The notes under the pieces were generated by a model. The model had not been told where the DNA came from. It did not search any database and saw only the letters and a program-made list of their open reading frames with translations. This document shows positions 29,559 to 38,540 of a stretch of DNA of 64,000 nt, one piece after another. The position numbers and the translations under genes were made by a program. Each line of letters opens with the position of its first letter. Position 1 is the first letter of the stretch. Origin of the DNA: Deferribacterales bacterium (GTDB lineage Bacteria > Chrysiogenota > Deferribacteres > Deferribacterales > Geovibrionaceae); the NCBI GenBank assembly GCA_050253075.1, contig JBFWJS010000002.1, positions 416,001-480,000 on the forward strand, written 5' to 3'.

Positions 29559-29878
29559 TTAACACCATATGTTTTGTATATATCTACGGCAAAGGCTACG
29601 CCCGTGCCCGGTTCGTCGAAGTGGACTATCCTATCCAGTCCCTCCATGAATTCGTCGAATATCTCATCAGGTATAGTGGTCATCATCGTGCGGTTGTTTG
29701 CACGTGCGCCCACCATCAGGTCTCTGAAGCCCGCAAAGATAGGTATGTCGTATGCAAGGATGCGTCCCATGCCGACAGAATCGAGCACGGTGCCCCCTCG
29801 GACACCCTGCTCTACCATATATTCAATAATTTCTTCAAGTAATTCCACCGTATTTAATACGATAAAAACAAGCTTCAA
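29555..29878 (-). CDS. P-II-like superfamily protein
   Basis: 107 aa, MKLVFIVLN, GVRGGTVLDSVGMGR, GTGVAFAVDI resemble the P-II fold; ATGA overlap with atpZ. Confidence 0.6.
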   Translation of the reverse strand: MKLVFIVLNTVELLEEIIEYMVEQGVRGGTVLDSVGMGRILAYDIPIFAGFRDLMVGARANNRTMMTTIPDEIFDEFMEGLDRIVHFDEPGTGVAFAVDIYKTYGVK

Positions 29879-29910
29879 AGTATTGCGTACCTCACTGTAT
29901 CCATTGCCTA

Positions 29911-30047
29911 GGGCTAAGATGAAGGCAAAACAAGTTTGCTATTCTCTGCTTAGCTGCGAAAGCTCCGTCGTCGTACTCCTCGCAATGACAAAAGGATGTC
30001 ATTACGAGGAACAAAGTGACGAAGTAATCTTCCAACGTATTTCGTTA
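29911..30047. repeat. Left REP-like doublet / direct-repeat arm of GIY-YIG cassette
   Basis: GGGCTAAGAT..[41 nt]..GCTCCGTCGTCGTACTCCTCGCAATGAC-spacer-GTCATTACGAGG...GAAGTAATCTTCCAACGTATTTCGTTA. Confidence 0.85.
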
Positions 30048-30338
30048 ATTCAGAATATCTTTATACAAATCCCGCCAGTCAGGATTCATGCTATTAATGA
30101 TGTCTTCCTTCTTCTTTCTGCTGCCGCCTTTGATTTGTTTCTCTCTGGCAATAGCATACTCGATATCGTCGAAAACTTCATAGTAAACAAGCTGGTCTAC
30201 GGAATATTTCTTAGTAAAACCGTCAACCAGCTTATTCTTATGTTCATATACTCTTTTAACTAAATCAGAGGTAACGCCAGCATACAAGACAGTTTTATCA
30301 AAATTTGTCAGCAGGTAAACGTAACCTCTTTTGCTCAT
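30045..30338 (-). CDS. Stand-alone GIY-YIG nuclease family protein
   Basis: GYVYLL, LYAGVTSDLVKRVYEHK, FTKKY, LVYYE, AIAREKQIK, NPDWRDL. Confidence 0.93.
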   Translation of the reverse strand: MSKRGYVYLLTNFDKTVLYAGVTSDLVKRVYEHKNKLVDGFTKKYSVDQLVYYEVFDDIEYAIAREKQIKGGSRKKKEDIINSMNPDWRDLYKDILN

Positions 30339-30352
30339 TCTATTTTACCAAA

Positions 30353-30449
30353 GGGCTAAGATTGCTTCGTCGTCGTACTCCTCGCAATGACAGTAAAAGA
30401 GTCATTGCGAACCTGTCAAGGTGAAGCAATCTTCCAACGTATTTCGTTA
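30353..30449. repeat. Right REP-like doublet / direct-repeat arm of GIY-YIG cassette
   Basis: GGGCTAAGATTGCTTCGTCGTCGTACTCCTCGCAATGAC-spacer-GTCATTGCGA...GAAGCAATCTTCCAACGTATTTCGTTA. Confidence 0.85.
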
Positions 30450-30534
30450 CATTACTTCTTTAAGGCTTTCGTAATGAGCCTTGATAGTAGCTTCAATATC
30501 TTCGTCAGTATGCGCACTGCTCACAAACATTCCC
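30446..30534 (-). repeat. 89-bp duplicate of hemL 3' end (non-coding copy)
   Basis: Identical to 30665-30753 by direct comparison. Confidence 0.95.
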
Positions 30535-30664
30535 GACATATTAAACAAGCAGTTTTTTTAGTCCTAAAAAAACCTGCCTCTCGCTCGGCAAAACAAAGTA
30601 ATGCCTCGCTCTCACTTCGCTTCCGCTCCGTGGGCGCTGTCCTGCGCCTGTTCTCGGGATGTTT
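30535..30664. mobile_element. Putative ~130-bp MITE-like structured element between the duplicated hemL ends
   Basis: Ends CAAACAT(T)CCCGA...TCGGGATGTTTG form an inverted repeat; internal hairpins GCAGTTTTTTTAG/CTAAAAAAACCTGC and GGCGC/GCGCC. Confidence 0.45.
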
Positions 30665-30665
30665 G

Positions 30666-31934
30666 TTACATTACTTCTTTAAGGCTTTCGTAATGAGCCT
30701 TGATAGTAGCTTCAATATCTTCGTCAGTATGCGCACTGCTCACAAACATTCCCTCGAACTGTGCGGGTGCGAGTGTGATGCCTCTGTCTAGCATAGCGTG
30801 GAAGAATTTAGCATATTTATCTGTGTCGGATTTCATAGCATCTGCGAAACAGCGAACCTCGCCCTCTTTGAAAAAGAGACATGCGAGGGACTCTATCCTG
30901 TTGAATGCGTATTTGAGTCCGAGTTTTTTACAGTTTTCTTCGAATCCGTCGTAAAGAGCATCTGCCTTTACTTTCAGATTCTTATAGAAATCAGGCTGAG
31001 AGAGCTTGTTCAGCATGGCGAGTCCTGCCGCTGTTGCGAGAGGGTTTCCGCTGAGTGTGCCCGCCTGATAAACAGGTCCGATAGGAGACATCATCTCCAT
31101 TATCTCACGCTTTCCGCCGAATGCGCCCACAGGAAGTCCGCCGCCGATGATCTTACCCATTGTGGTGATGTCAGGCATAACGTTGAAGTACTGCTGTGCG
31201 CCCCCTGCTGAAAGTCTGAATCCTGTGATAACCTCATCAAAAAGGAGAACGATGCCTTCGTCGTCACATACCTTTCTGAGGTCTTCGAGGAAGCCGTCCT
31301 TTGGAAGGACAACGCCCATGTTGCCCGCAACAGGCTCTACGAGGATACATGCGACTTCGCCTTTATTCTCTGAAAGGAGAGCCTTTATGGAGTCTATATC
31401 GTTGTACTGAGCAACGAGTGTATGCTTTGCAAAATCCGCAGGAACGCCGGGGCTGGAAGGCTGGTTGAATGTAAGCGCACCGCTGCCCGCCTTAACGAGA
31501 AGGCTGTCGGAGTGACCGTGGTAGCATCCTTCGAATTTAATGATCTTATCTCTTTTAGTATATGCACGGGCGAGTCTGATAGCAGACATGAGAGCCTCTG
31601 TACCGGAGCTGACAAGGCGGACCATGTCAACGGAAGGAACCATCTCACATATCTTTTTGGCTATGTCGAGCTCTGCCTTTGTCGGTGCGCCGAAGCTGGT
31701 TCCGAGCTCGGCAGTCTTTTTCACGACATCAATGATCTCAGGATCTGCGTGGCCTGTTATCATAGGCCCCCATGAACATACATAATCTATATAGCTTTTG
31801 CCGTCTTCGTCGAAGACCTTTGAACCCTTCGCACTTTTTATAACTACAGGGTCGCCTCCCACAGAGCCGAAAGCTCTAACAGGGCTGTTTACCCCTCCGG
31901 GAATGTATTTTTTTGACTCTTCAAAGATTGTCAT
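30666..31934 (-). CDS. hemL: Glutamate-1-semialdehyde 2,1-aminomutase
   Basis: IPGGVNSPVRAF, FEGCYHGHSD, FDEVITGFR, MGKIIGGGLPVGA, YQAGTLSGNP. Confidence 0.97.
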   Translation of the reverse strand: MTIFEESKKYIPGGVNSPVRAFGSVGGDPVVIKSAKGSKVFDEDGKSYIDYVCSWGPMITGHADPEIIDVVKKTAELGTSFGAPTKAELDIAKKICEMVPSVDMVRLVSSGTEALMSAIRLARAYTKRDKIIKFEGCYHGHSDSLLVKAGSGALTFNQPSSPGVPADFAKHTLVAQYNDIDSIKALLSENKGEVACILVEPVAGNMGVVLPKDGFLEDLRKVCDDEGIVLLFDEVITGFRLSAGGAQQYFNVMPDITTMGKIIGGGLPVGAFGGKREIMEMMSPIGPVYQAGTLSGNPLATAAGLAMLNKLSQPDFYKNLKVKADALYDGFEENCKKLGLKYAFNRIESLACLFFKEGEVRCFADAMKSDTDKYAKFFHAMLDRGITLAPAQFEGMFVSSAHTDEDIEATIKAHYESLKEVM

Positions 31935-32156
31935 AATAAACCTCGCAAAACATTTTTACGAATGATACTAAAGTTATCTTCTCAGAACAACAGATTTGTT
32001 AAATTTATCCCTCCGTACAGACATATTCGAATATTCATATAAATGTTAAAGAAATAAATTTTTATGTAAACTTTATGTCGTCAATATGTAAACGTGATGC
32101 TAACATATGTTTAAATTATTCATTATTTCTTATTATTCATTTGGAGGAAACCGCAT

Positions 32157-33590
32157 ATGGCAAAAACGATCGCCATTGAGCCGATCACCCGCATTGAAGG
32201 TCACATGAAAGTGGAGACCCATGTGGAGGGTGACAGGATCACTGACGCCAAAATCAGTGGTCAGATGTATCGTGGATTTGAAAAGTTTCTTGAGGGGAGA
32301 CACCCCGTAGACGCCGCAAGGATAGCACAGAGGGTCTGCGGTGTGTGCCACGAGGTGCACGGTGTCGCATCGATACTGGCACTTGAAGAGCTCTATAAAA
32401 ATCCATCAACTAAAAACGGACATATCCTGAGAGACCTGATCCTCGGGATGCATTTGGTCACAGACCATTTTCTGCATTTCTACACCCTTTCCGTTCCCGA
32501 CTATGTGGATTTCACAAAAATACTGGAATACAAGGGCACAGACACAAACATAAACACACTCAAAAATTGGGTCATTAAGACCAAACCTGAATTCGTTTTA
32601 AAAAGAAATACCGGAAACTACATCTCAGACACAAACACGTGCCTGACGATGATCAATAATTACTTTCAGGCATTGAAAGTCCGCTCCAAAGGCGCATCGG
32701 GCATGGCTCTCATAGGTGCGAAAGCTCCCTTCAGCCACGCAGTGCTCCCCGGCGGAGTGACGACAGACATCACACCGGACAGGCTGATGCAGTATTTCAA
32801 TGTACTGGAAGAGGTCAAGAACTTTGCCATCAATCATTACATACCCGATGTTATCGAGCTGGCATCCAGATATCCTGAATATTTCAACATAGGCGTCAGC
32901 TACGACAGCTTCTACGCCAATGAGACATTCAAGGCTCTGGGCGAGCCCGTTTTCAAGGGGGGCGTGGTGATGAACGGCAGTGACAGGTCGTTCTCTTTCG
33001 AAAATGTGAAAGAGTATTACGACTCCTCGTTTTACAACCCTTCGGGCGATCCTCAGCCCGGCAAATCAGGCGCATACAGCTGGACAAAGTCTCCACGCTA
33101 CAGCGGCGAGCCCGTAGAGGTGGGACCTCTCGCACGGATGATAGTGAACAAAGACCCGTACTTCCACCAGACTATGAAGAAGCTGGGCGGAAAGGTGCAG
33201 TCATCCACAATGGCACGTCACGTGGCCAGATCCGTAGAGTCGAGAAACATCATCGACCACCTGTATAAGCTGCTCGACGCATATGTCATAGGCGAGTCAA
33301 ACATCAATCAGGTCGACTTCGCACAGAAGGTGACAGGCACGGGCACAGGCTTCTCCATAGCTGCGAGGGGCGCACTGATACACCAGATAGAGGCGAGAGA
33401 AGGGAAGATCACAAGATACAATATGATCGTTCCGAGCACATGGAACTTCGGTCCTATGGCTCAGGGTAAGATAGGCGTGGCGGAAAAGGCGCTCGTAGGT
33501 ACACCGGTGAAATACAGCGGTGAAAACTCCATAGAGGCCGGACGTGTAATCCGAAGCTATGACCCGTGCACAGCCTGCTCTATTCATTAA
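32157..33590 (+). CDS. [NiFe] hydrogenase large subunit (no C-terminal maturation extension)
   Basis: EPITRIEGH, RGFE, L1 QRVCGVCHEVH, HFLHFY, YSWTKSPRY, EVGPLAR, RGALIH, VPSTWN, L2 RSYDPCTACSIH-stop. Confidence 0.96.
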   Translation: MAKTIAIEPITRIEGHMKVETHVEGDRITDAKISGQMYRGFEKFLEGRHPVDAARIAQRVCGVCHEVHGVASILALEELYKNPSTKNGHILRDLILGMHLVTDHFLHFYTLSVPDYVDFTKILEYKGTDTNINTLKNWVIKTKPEFVLKRNTGNYISDTNTCLTMINNYFQALKVRSKGASGMALIGAKAPFSHAVLPGGVTTDITPDRLMQYFNVLEEVKNFAINHYIPDVIELASRYPEYFNIGVSYDSFYANETFKALGEPVFKGGVVMNGSDRSFSFENVKEYYDSSFYNPSGDPQPGKSGAYSWTKSPRYSGEPVEVGPLARMIVNKDPYFHQTMKKLGGKVQSSTMARHVARSVESRNIIDHLYKLLDAYVIGESNINQVDFAQKVTGTGTGFSIAARGALIHQIEAREGKITRYNMIVPSTWNFGPMAQGKIGVAEKALVGTPVKYSGENSIEAGRVIRSYDPCTACSIH

Positions 33591-33602
33591 AACGAGGGAA
33601 AA

Positions 33603-34559
33603 ATGTCTATAAACTTAAATAGAAGGGAGTTTCTCAAGCGGTGCAGGGATGTCTCCGTGCTGCTTTTCGGAAGCTCTGTTTTCACACCGGAGATAGCCGA
33701 AGGATTCACCAAGCTCTCCGAAGCGGAAAGACCGCAGGTAATTTTCATACAGTCCCAATGCTGTACAGGATGCAGTATATCTGCAACATACGGCAATGAA
33801 TCAGACTTCATAGACTTTATAACTAACCTGATAAGACTGCAGGTTCACCCGAACATATCTTTTGCTCAGGGCATCGACTACATGAGGCAGATAGAGGAAG
33901 TTTCAAACAGCGGTCCTTTCTATCTGGTCTGCGAAGGGTCTATCCCCGCAGGGATGAAGGAAGCGTGCGTATTCGGCGACGAACCGATGTATGACTATAT
34001 GCACAAGCTGATGAACAAGGCAGCGGCAATAATCTCATCCGGCACATGCGCCTGCTACGGCGGGATACCCGCATCGAACCAGAATGTCACCGGCGCTATC
34101 CCAATAGACGAATATATGAAACGCACAGGCGTGAACAAGCCTATGATAAAGATCCCCGGGTGCCCCATAAACCCCGACAGGCTGATGGGAACAGTGGCAT
34201 ACATCGTAGCAACGGGCAAGCTCCCCGAGCTGGTGGACGGCAAGCCGAAGAAATACTTCGGAGACCTGATACACAACCAGTGCGGACGCTATCAGGCCTT
34301 CAATCAGGGGATATACACCCAGGACTATGACAAGCAGAAGACAAACTGTCTGCTGAAAAACGGATGCCGAGGCCCCGTAACATACTCCGACTGCCCCACA
34401 AGGCGCTGGAACGGAAAGGTGAATGTGTGCATAGAGAGCAATACACCGTGCATCGGGTGCATACACGACGACTTCCCTTTCAACAGTCCGCTTTATCTTT
34501 CCGAAAGCTCGTTTGAGGACCTCTCATGGTCTGAGCTGAAAGAAAAGATGGAAAAATAA
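33603..34559 (+). CDS. [NiFe] hydrogenase small subunit with Tat signal
   Basis: NRREFLK twin-arginine leader; CTGC, CEGS, GTCACYGGIP, PGCP, HNQC..CLLKNGCRGP, CPTRRWN..C..PCIGC; no C-terminal TM. Confidence 0.95.
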   Translation: MSINLNRREFLKRCRDVSVLLFGSSVFTPEIAEGFTKLSEAERPQVIFIQSQCCTGCSISATYGNESDFIDFITNLIRLQVHPNISFAQGIDYMRQIEEVSNSGPFYLVCEGSIPAGMKEACVFGDEPMYDYMHKLMNKAAAIISSGTCACYGGIPASNQNVTGAIPIDEYMKRTGVNKPMIKIPGCPINPDRLMGTVAYIVATGKLPELVDGKPKKYFGDLIHNQCGRYQAFNQGIYTQDYDKQKTNCLLKNGCRGPVTYSDCPTRRWNGKVNVCIESNTPCIGCIHDDFPFNSPLYLSESSFEDLSWSELKEKMEK

Positions 34560-34574
34560 CATCGGGAGATACTA

Positions 34575-36143
34575 ATGAGACAATCTATCAAATTCAAGAT
34601 GGCTCTTTACACTATCATTCCGATGGTGGTCATAGCAGTCGTCTTCATCACTCTGGACACCAGAAAGAACAACCTTGTCCAGAGCTCTATGAATCAATAT
34701 ATGGGATATCTGAAAGATATGATATTCATGTCCACCTTCGACTCGCTGAAGAAGGGGAACATGACAGTATTCTCAGAACACCTGAAAGAAATAGGAAAGT
34801 ACGATCAGGTAAAGGAATTCTCTCTGATAGACCCGCAGGGACTCGTGCATTATTCATCCGACCCGTCTCTTGTGAAAAAGACAGAAGACCTGTCGCACAT
34901 AAACAAGAAAGGCCCGACGGTGATAAACGATCACGGCGAGCAGACATACTTTTACCCTGTGCAGACAACAGAATACTGCCTCCGCTGTCACAGAGAGTGG
35001 CAGGAGGGGACAATAAACTCATTCTATAAGGTGAAGCTGGACAGCTCTGCCATCGGCGCAGTGCGCAACATGTCGCTCTTCAACAACATACTGCTCGGAG
35101 TGGCAGTCATCATGGCTGTGGGCATAGTGATATTCACCCTGCAGAGGCTGGTATTTTCCAGGCTGGAACGTGCAAATGAGATACTCGACGACCTCTGCTC
35201 CGGCGAGGGCGACCTCACCATAAACCTGCCAGTGCGCAGAGCGGACGAGATAGGCACGCTGAGGATGCGCATCAACCAGTTCATCAACCACCTGCGTGAC
35301 ATGATAGGTCAGCTGAAAGAGCGTATCGCAGAGGTAGACGGAGAGATAGGACACATTCAGGGCTCTATGAGCACCATTAACGACGCAGTTCAGGAAAACG
35401 TGAACCACGTAATGTCCATATCGTCATCATCCGAGCAGGTATCCACGACGCTTAATGAAAACATCCAGAACCTGTCATATCTGAACGAAAGCGTGACAAA
35501 CAAGCGTGATTCCATCAGCGAATCCATGAAGAACGTCACCAGCATCACAAAGATGATAGGCGAGATGACGTCTACGGTAGACGTGCTTGCAAACACTGTG
35601 GGCGAGCTGGAAGCCAGATCGAACGACATCACAAACATCACGAGCCTCATCACCGAGATCGCAGACCAGACAAACCTGCTCGCTCTGAACGCAGCGATAG
35701 AAGCAGCCAGAGCAGGAGAAGCAGGACGTGGATTTGCAGTGGTGGCAGACGAGATACGTAAGCTGGCGGAGCGCACAGGCAAAGCCACAAACGACATCAA
35801 GTCCATCGTGAATGAGAATACGAAGACCATCCACAACTTTGTCTTAGAAATTGATAAGAACAAAGAACACGCCGAAGACATGAATCAGGGGATGGCAGAC
35901 CTTGAGAACTTCACCATCGAGGTAGACACCACTATGGAAGACATCTCGAACAACATCGGCACACTAAGCACTATGCTCACAGAGAGCATCAGCGCGCTGG
36001 AGCTGACACTGAACAACATCGAGATGGTGAACTCGAATATGACGCATACCGGACAGATATCGGGCGAGATATCCGACGTGTCTAAGACTCTTCAGGAAAA
36101 GAGCCGCATCATGAAAGAGATAGCGGACAAATTCAAAACCTGA
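34575..36143 (+). CDS. Methyl-accepting chemotaxis protein with periplasmic c-type heme sensor domain
   Basis: TM1, CLRCH (34977-34991), TM2, HAMP (GEGDLT..DEIG), [38 protein letters not shown]. Confidence 0.93.
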   Translation: MRQSIKFKMALYTIIPMVVIAVVFITLDTRKNNLVQSSMNQYMGYLKDMIFMSTFDSLKKGNMTVFSEHLKEIGKYDQVKEFSLIDPQGLVHYSSDPSLVKKTEDLSHINKKGPTVINDHGEQTYFYPVQTTEYCLRCHREWQEGTINSFYKVKLDSSAIGAVRNMSLFNNILLGVAVIMAVGIVIFTLQRLVFSRLERANEILDDLCSGEGDLTINLPVRRADEIGTLRMRINQFINHLRDMIGQLKERIAEVDGEIGHIQGSMSTINDAVQENVNHVMSISSSSEQVSTTLNENIQNLSYLNESVTNKRDSISESMKNVTSITKMIGEMTSTVDVLANTVGELEARSNDITNITSLITEIADQTNLLALNAAIEAARAGEAGRGFAVVADEIRKLAERTGKATNDIKSIVNENTKTIHNFVLEIDKNKEHAEDMNQGMADLENFTIEVDTTMEDISNNIGTLSTMLTESISALELTLNNIEMVNSNMTHTGQISGEISDVSKTLQEKSRIMKEIADKFKT

Positions 36144-36162
36144 TATTTGCTTCTTAAATATT

Positions 36163-36194
36163 TCTCCCCGGGCTGTTTGTTCCGCTCGGGGAGA
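36163..36194 (+). terminator. Hairpin closing the hydrogenase-MCP operon
   Basis: TCTCCCCGGGC-loop-GCTCGGGGAGA; weak U tail. Confidence 0.55.
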
Positions 36195-36282
36195 TTCCCC
36201 AAAAATACCCTACACTTCCCTTGCAATCTGCACATATATAATATATCTTTCCCCAATCACGATTATTAAAAGGTGAAATAAT

Positions 36283-37287
36283 ATGAAAGTTTCCGTTATC
36301 GGTGCTACGGGATACACCGGCTATGAGCTGGTTAAGATACTGGCAAACCATCCCGTCTTTGAGATAGCCGCCCTAGTTAGTGAGACCTATGAAGGTAAGA
36401 TGTTCAGTGACGTATACCCACGCCTGCGAAACATCTGTGACGTCACTATCATAGGACGAGACTATGACAAGGTCGCCGATATGTCTGATGCTGTTTTCCT
36501 CTGTCTGCCCCACGCCGCAGCACAGGATGCCGCTGCGTTCTTCCACGGGAAAGGGCTGAAGGTCGTTGACTTCAGTGCAGATTTCAGACTGAAAGACAAG
36601 GAACTTTACGAATCTATATATAAGGTAGACCACAACTATCCAGATCTCATGGCGAGCGCCGTTTACGGACTGCCCGAGATATTCGAGGATGAGATAAAGA
36701 ATGCCACACTCGTTGCAAACCCGGGCTGCTACCCGACATCAGTGATAATGCCTCTCTACCCCCTGCTGAAAGACGGGCTGATAGAGCCGAAGGACATCAT
36801 CTCTGATTCTAAATCCGGCGTTTCAGGCGCAGGTAAAAAGGCGGACATAGCATTCTCCTTCTGCGAGCTGGACGAGAGCTTTAAGCCGTATGCGCTTTTC
36901 AAGCACAGGCACGCACCTGAGATAACACACATACTCGGCAGAAAAGGATGCAAGGCAGACGTGCTCTTCACACCGCACCTTATCCCTGCCATAAAAGGCA
37001 TCGAGTCCACAATATACTGTAAAACAAAGGCAGACATCAAAACTCTGTCTAACAGCCTTAAGACATTCTATAAGGACCGAAAGTTAGTTCGTATCTACGA
37101 CAACGGGCATATCCCGTCCACCGCCGATGTGAATGATACAAATTTCATAGACATCGCACTCTTTGTTCAGGGGGAGAGACTCATCATAGTCTCATGCATT
37201 GACAACCTGATCAAAGGCTCAAGCGGCATGGCTGTTCAGAACATGAACCTCATGTGCGGCTTGTCAGATACAACGGGTATTATATAA
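36283..37287 (+). CDS. argC: N-acetyl-gamma-glutamyl-phosphate reductase
   Basis: GATGYTGYEL, DFSADFRL, VANPGCYPT, SGVSGAGK, IDNLIKG. Confidence 0.97.
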   Translation: MKVSVIGATGYTGYELVKILANHPVFEIAALVSETYEGKMFSDVYPRLRNICDVTIIGRDYDKVADMSDAVFLCLPHAAAQDAAAFFHGKGLKVVDFSADFRLKDKELYESIYKVDHNYPDLMASAVYGLPEIFEDEIKNATLVANPGCYPTSVIMPLYPLLKDGLIEPKDIISDSKSGVSGAGKKADIAFSFCELDESFKPYALFKHRHAPEITHILGRKGCKADVLFTPHLIPAIKGIESTIYCKTKADIKTLSNSLKTFYKDRKLVRIYDNGHIPSTADVNDTNFIDIALFVQGERLIIVSCIDNLIKGSSGMAVQNMNLMCGLSDTTGII

Positions 37288-37304
37288 TAATTAAGGATAA
37301 TAAA

Positions 37305-38504
37305 ATGGAAAAAATAAAAGGCGCAGGGGTTTGTACCCCTCTCGGATATACAGCAAGCTCTGTTGCTGCGGATGTGAAAGGTAAAGGAAAAGGCAATAAA
37401 GACCTCACACTCCTCTACTCTGAAGTTCCCTTCAAGCTGGCAGGTGTCTTCACTAAAAACACCATAAAGGCAGCACCTCTGAAACACGCTATGAAAGCAC
37501 TGGAGACCAACAAGGAATTCAGCGCAATCCTCGTAAACAGCGGAAACGCAAACGCAAGCACAGGCAAGAAAGGCGTCGAGGATGTCGAAGCCATAGTCAA
37601 GGCATACGAAGACGAGCTCGGCACTGGCGAAGGCTCCGTACTCATGAGCTCTACAGGTACTATAGGCGTTCCCCTCCCCGTTGATAAGATCATCGGCAAA
37701 GCTGGCGAGCTGATCGACGAACTGGACGATGCAAACGGACACGACTTTGCCAAAGCTATCATGACGACGGACACAGTGCCGAAGGAAGTCGGCGTGCTGA
37801 TCGAGACTCCGAACGGAGCATACATAGTGGCAGGAGCCGTAAAAGGCGCAGGCATGATAGCCCCGCACATGGCGACAATGCTCTGCTACATCACCACAGA
37901 CGCACTCGTTTCCGCAGAAAACCTGCAGACAGTGCTGAACAATGCCGTGGGCGAATCGTTCAACAGCATCACAGTGGATAATGACATGAGCACTAACGAC
38001 ACAGTTTTCCTCATGGCGAACGGTATGAGCGGCATCATCCCGGATATGGCAGTCTTTCAGGAAGCCGTAGATTACATCGCACTTGAGCTGGCTAAGATGA
38101 TCGTCAAAGACGGTGAAGGCGCAACAAAATTTGTCACTATAAAGGTCGAAGGTGCAGACACTCAGGCAGAAGCCGATAAATGCGCATTTGCCATAGCAAA
38201 CTCGCCTCTGGTGAAGACCATGTTTTACGGCGAAGACCCGAACTGGGGCAGACTGATAGCCACAGTGGGCGCTACTCAGGTGAAATGCATCGAGGAAAAG
38301 ATCGACATGAAGTTCGACGACCTGAACTATGTTAAAGACGGCATGATAATAGACTACGCTCTCGAGGCGCAGGCTGCGAAGATAATGCAGCAGGACGAGC
38401 TGATGATAACCATCAACCTGAACATGGGCGTGTTTGAAAAAACCGTATATACCTGTGACTTCAGCAAGGAATACGTCAGCATCAACGCCGACTACAGAAC
38501 CTAA
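37305..38504 (+). CDS. argJ: Ornithine acetyltransferase ArgJ
   Basis: NSGNANA, IMTTDT, KGAGMIAPHMATML, STNDT, DGEGATK, DPNWGR, INADYRT. Confidence 0.97.
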   Translation: MEKIKGAGVCTPLGYTASSVAADVKGKGKGNKDLTLLYSEVPFKLAGVFTKNTIKAAPLKHAMKALETNKEFSAILVNSGNANASTGKKGVEDVEAIVKAYEDELGTGEGSVLMSSTGTIGVPLPVDKIIGKAGELIDELDDANGHDFAKAIMTTDTVPKEVGVLIETPNGAYIVAGAVKGAGMIAPHMATMLCYITTDALVSAENLQTVLNNAVGESFNSITVDNDMSTNDTVFLMANGMSGIIPDMAVFQEAVDYIALELAKMIVKDGEGATKFVTIKVEGADTQAEADKCAFAIANSPLVKTMFYGEDPNWGRLIATVGATQVKCIEEKIDMKFDDLNYVKDGMIIDYALEAQAAKIMQQDELMITINLNMGVFEKTVYTCDFSKEYVSINADYRT

Positions 38505-38509
38505 CATCA

Positions 38510-38540
38510 AAAAGGCCGGGTAAAACACCCGGCCTTATTT
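38510..38540. terminator. Bidirectional terminator at argJ / island junction
   Basis: AAGGCCGGGT-loop-ACCCGGCCTT with A and T flanks between convergent genes. Confidence 0.8.

Noticed and set aside
29911..30753. CRISPR array or integron attC cassette interpretation of the repeats
   Set aside because: Units are inverted doublets without regular unique spacers; no cas or integrase gene in the window; no convincing attC core-site pairing.
30387..30791. 134-aa plus-strand ORF with an internal repeat
   Set aside because: Translation artefact of the 89-bp hemL duplication read antisense.
33560..33590. Selenocysteine ([NiFeSe]) hydrogenase
   Set aside because: Both L2 cysteines are TGC; no in-frame TGA.
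37236..38528. 430-aa minus-strand ORF
   Set aside because: Antisense shadow of argJ with no recognisable motifs.
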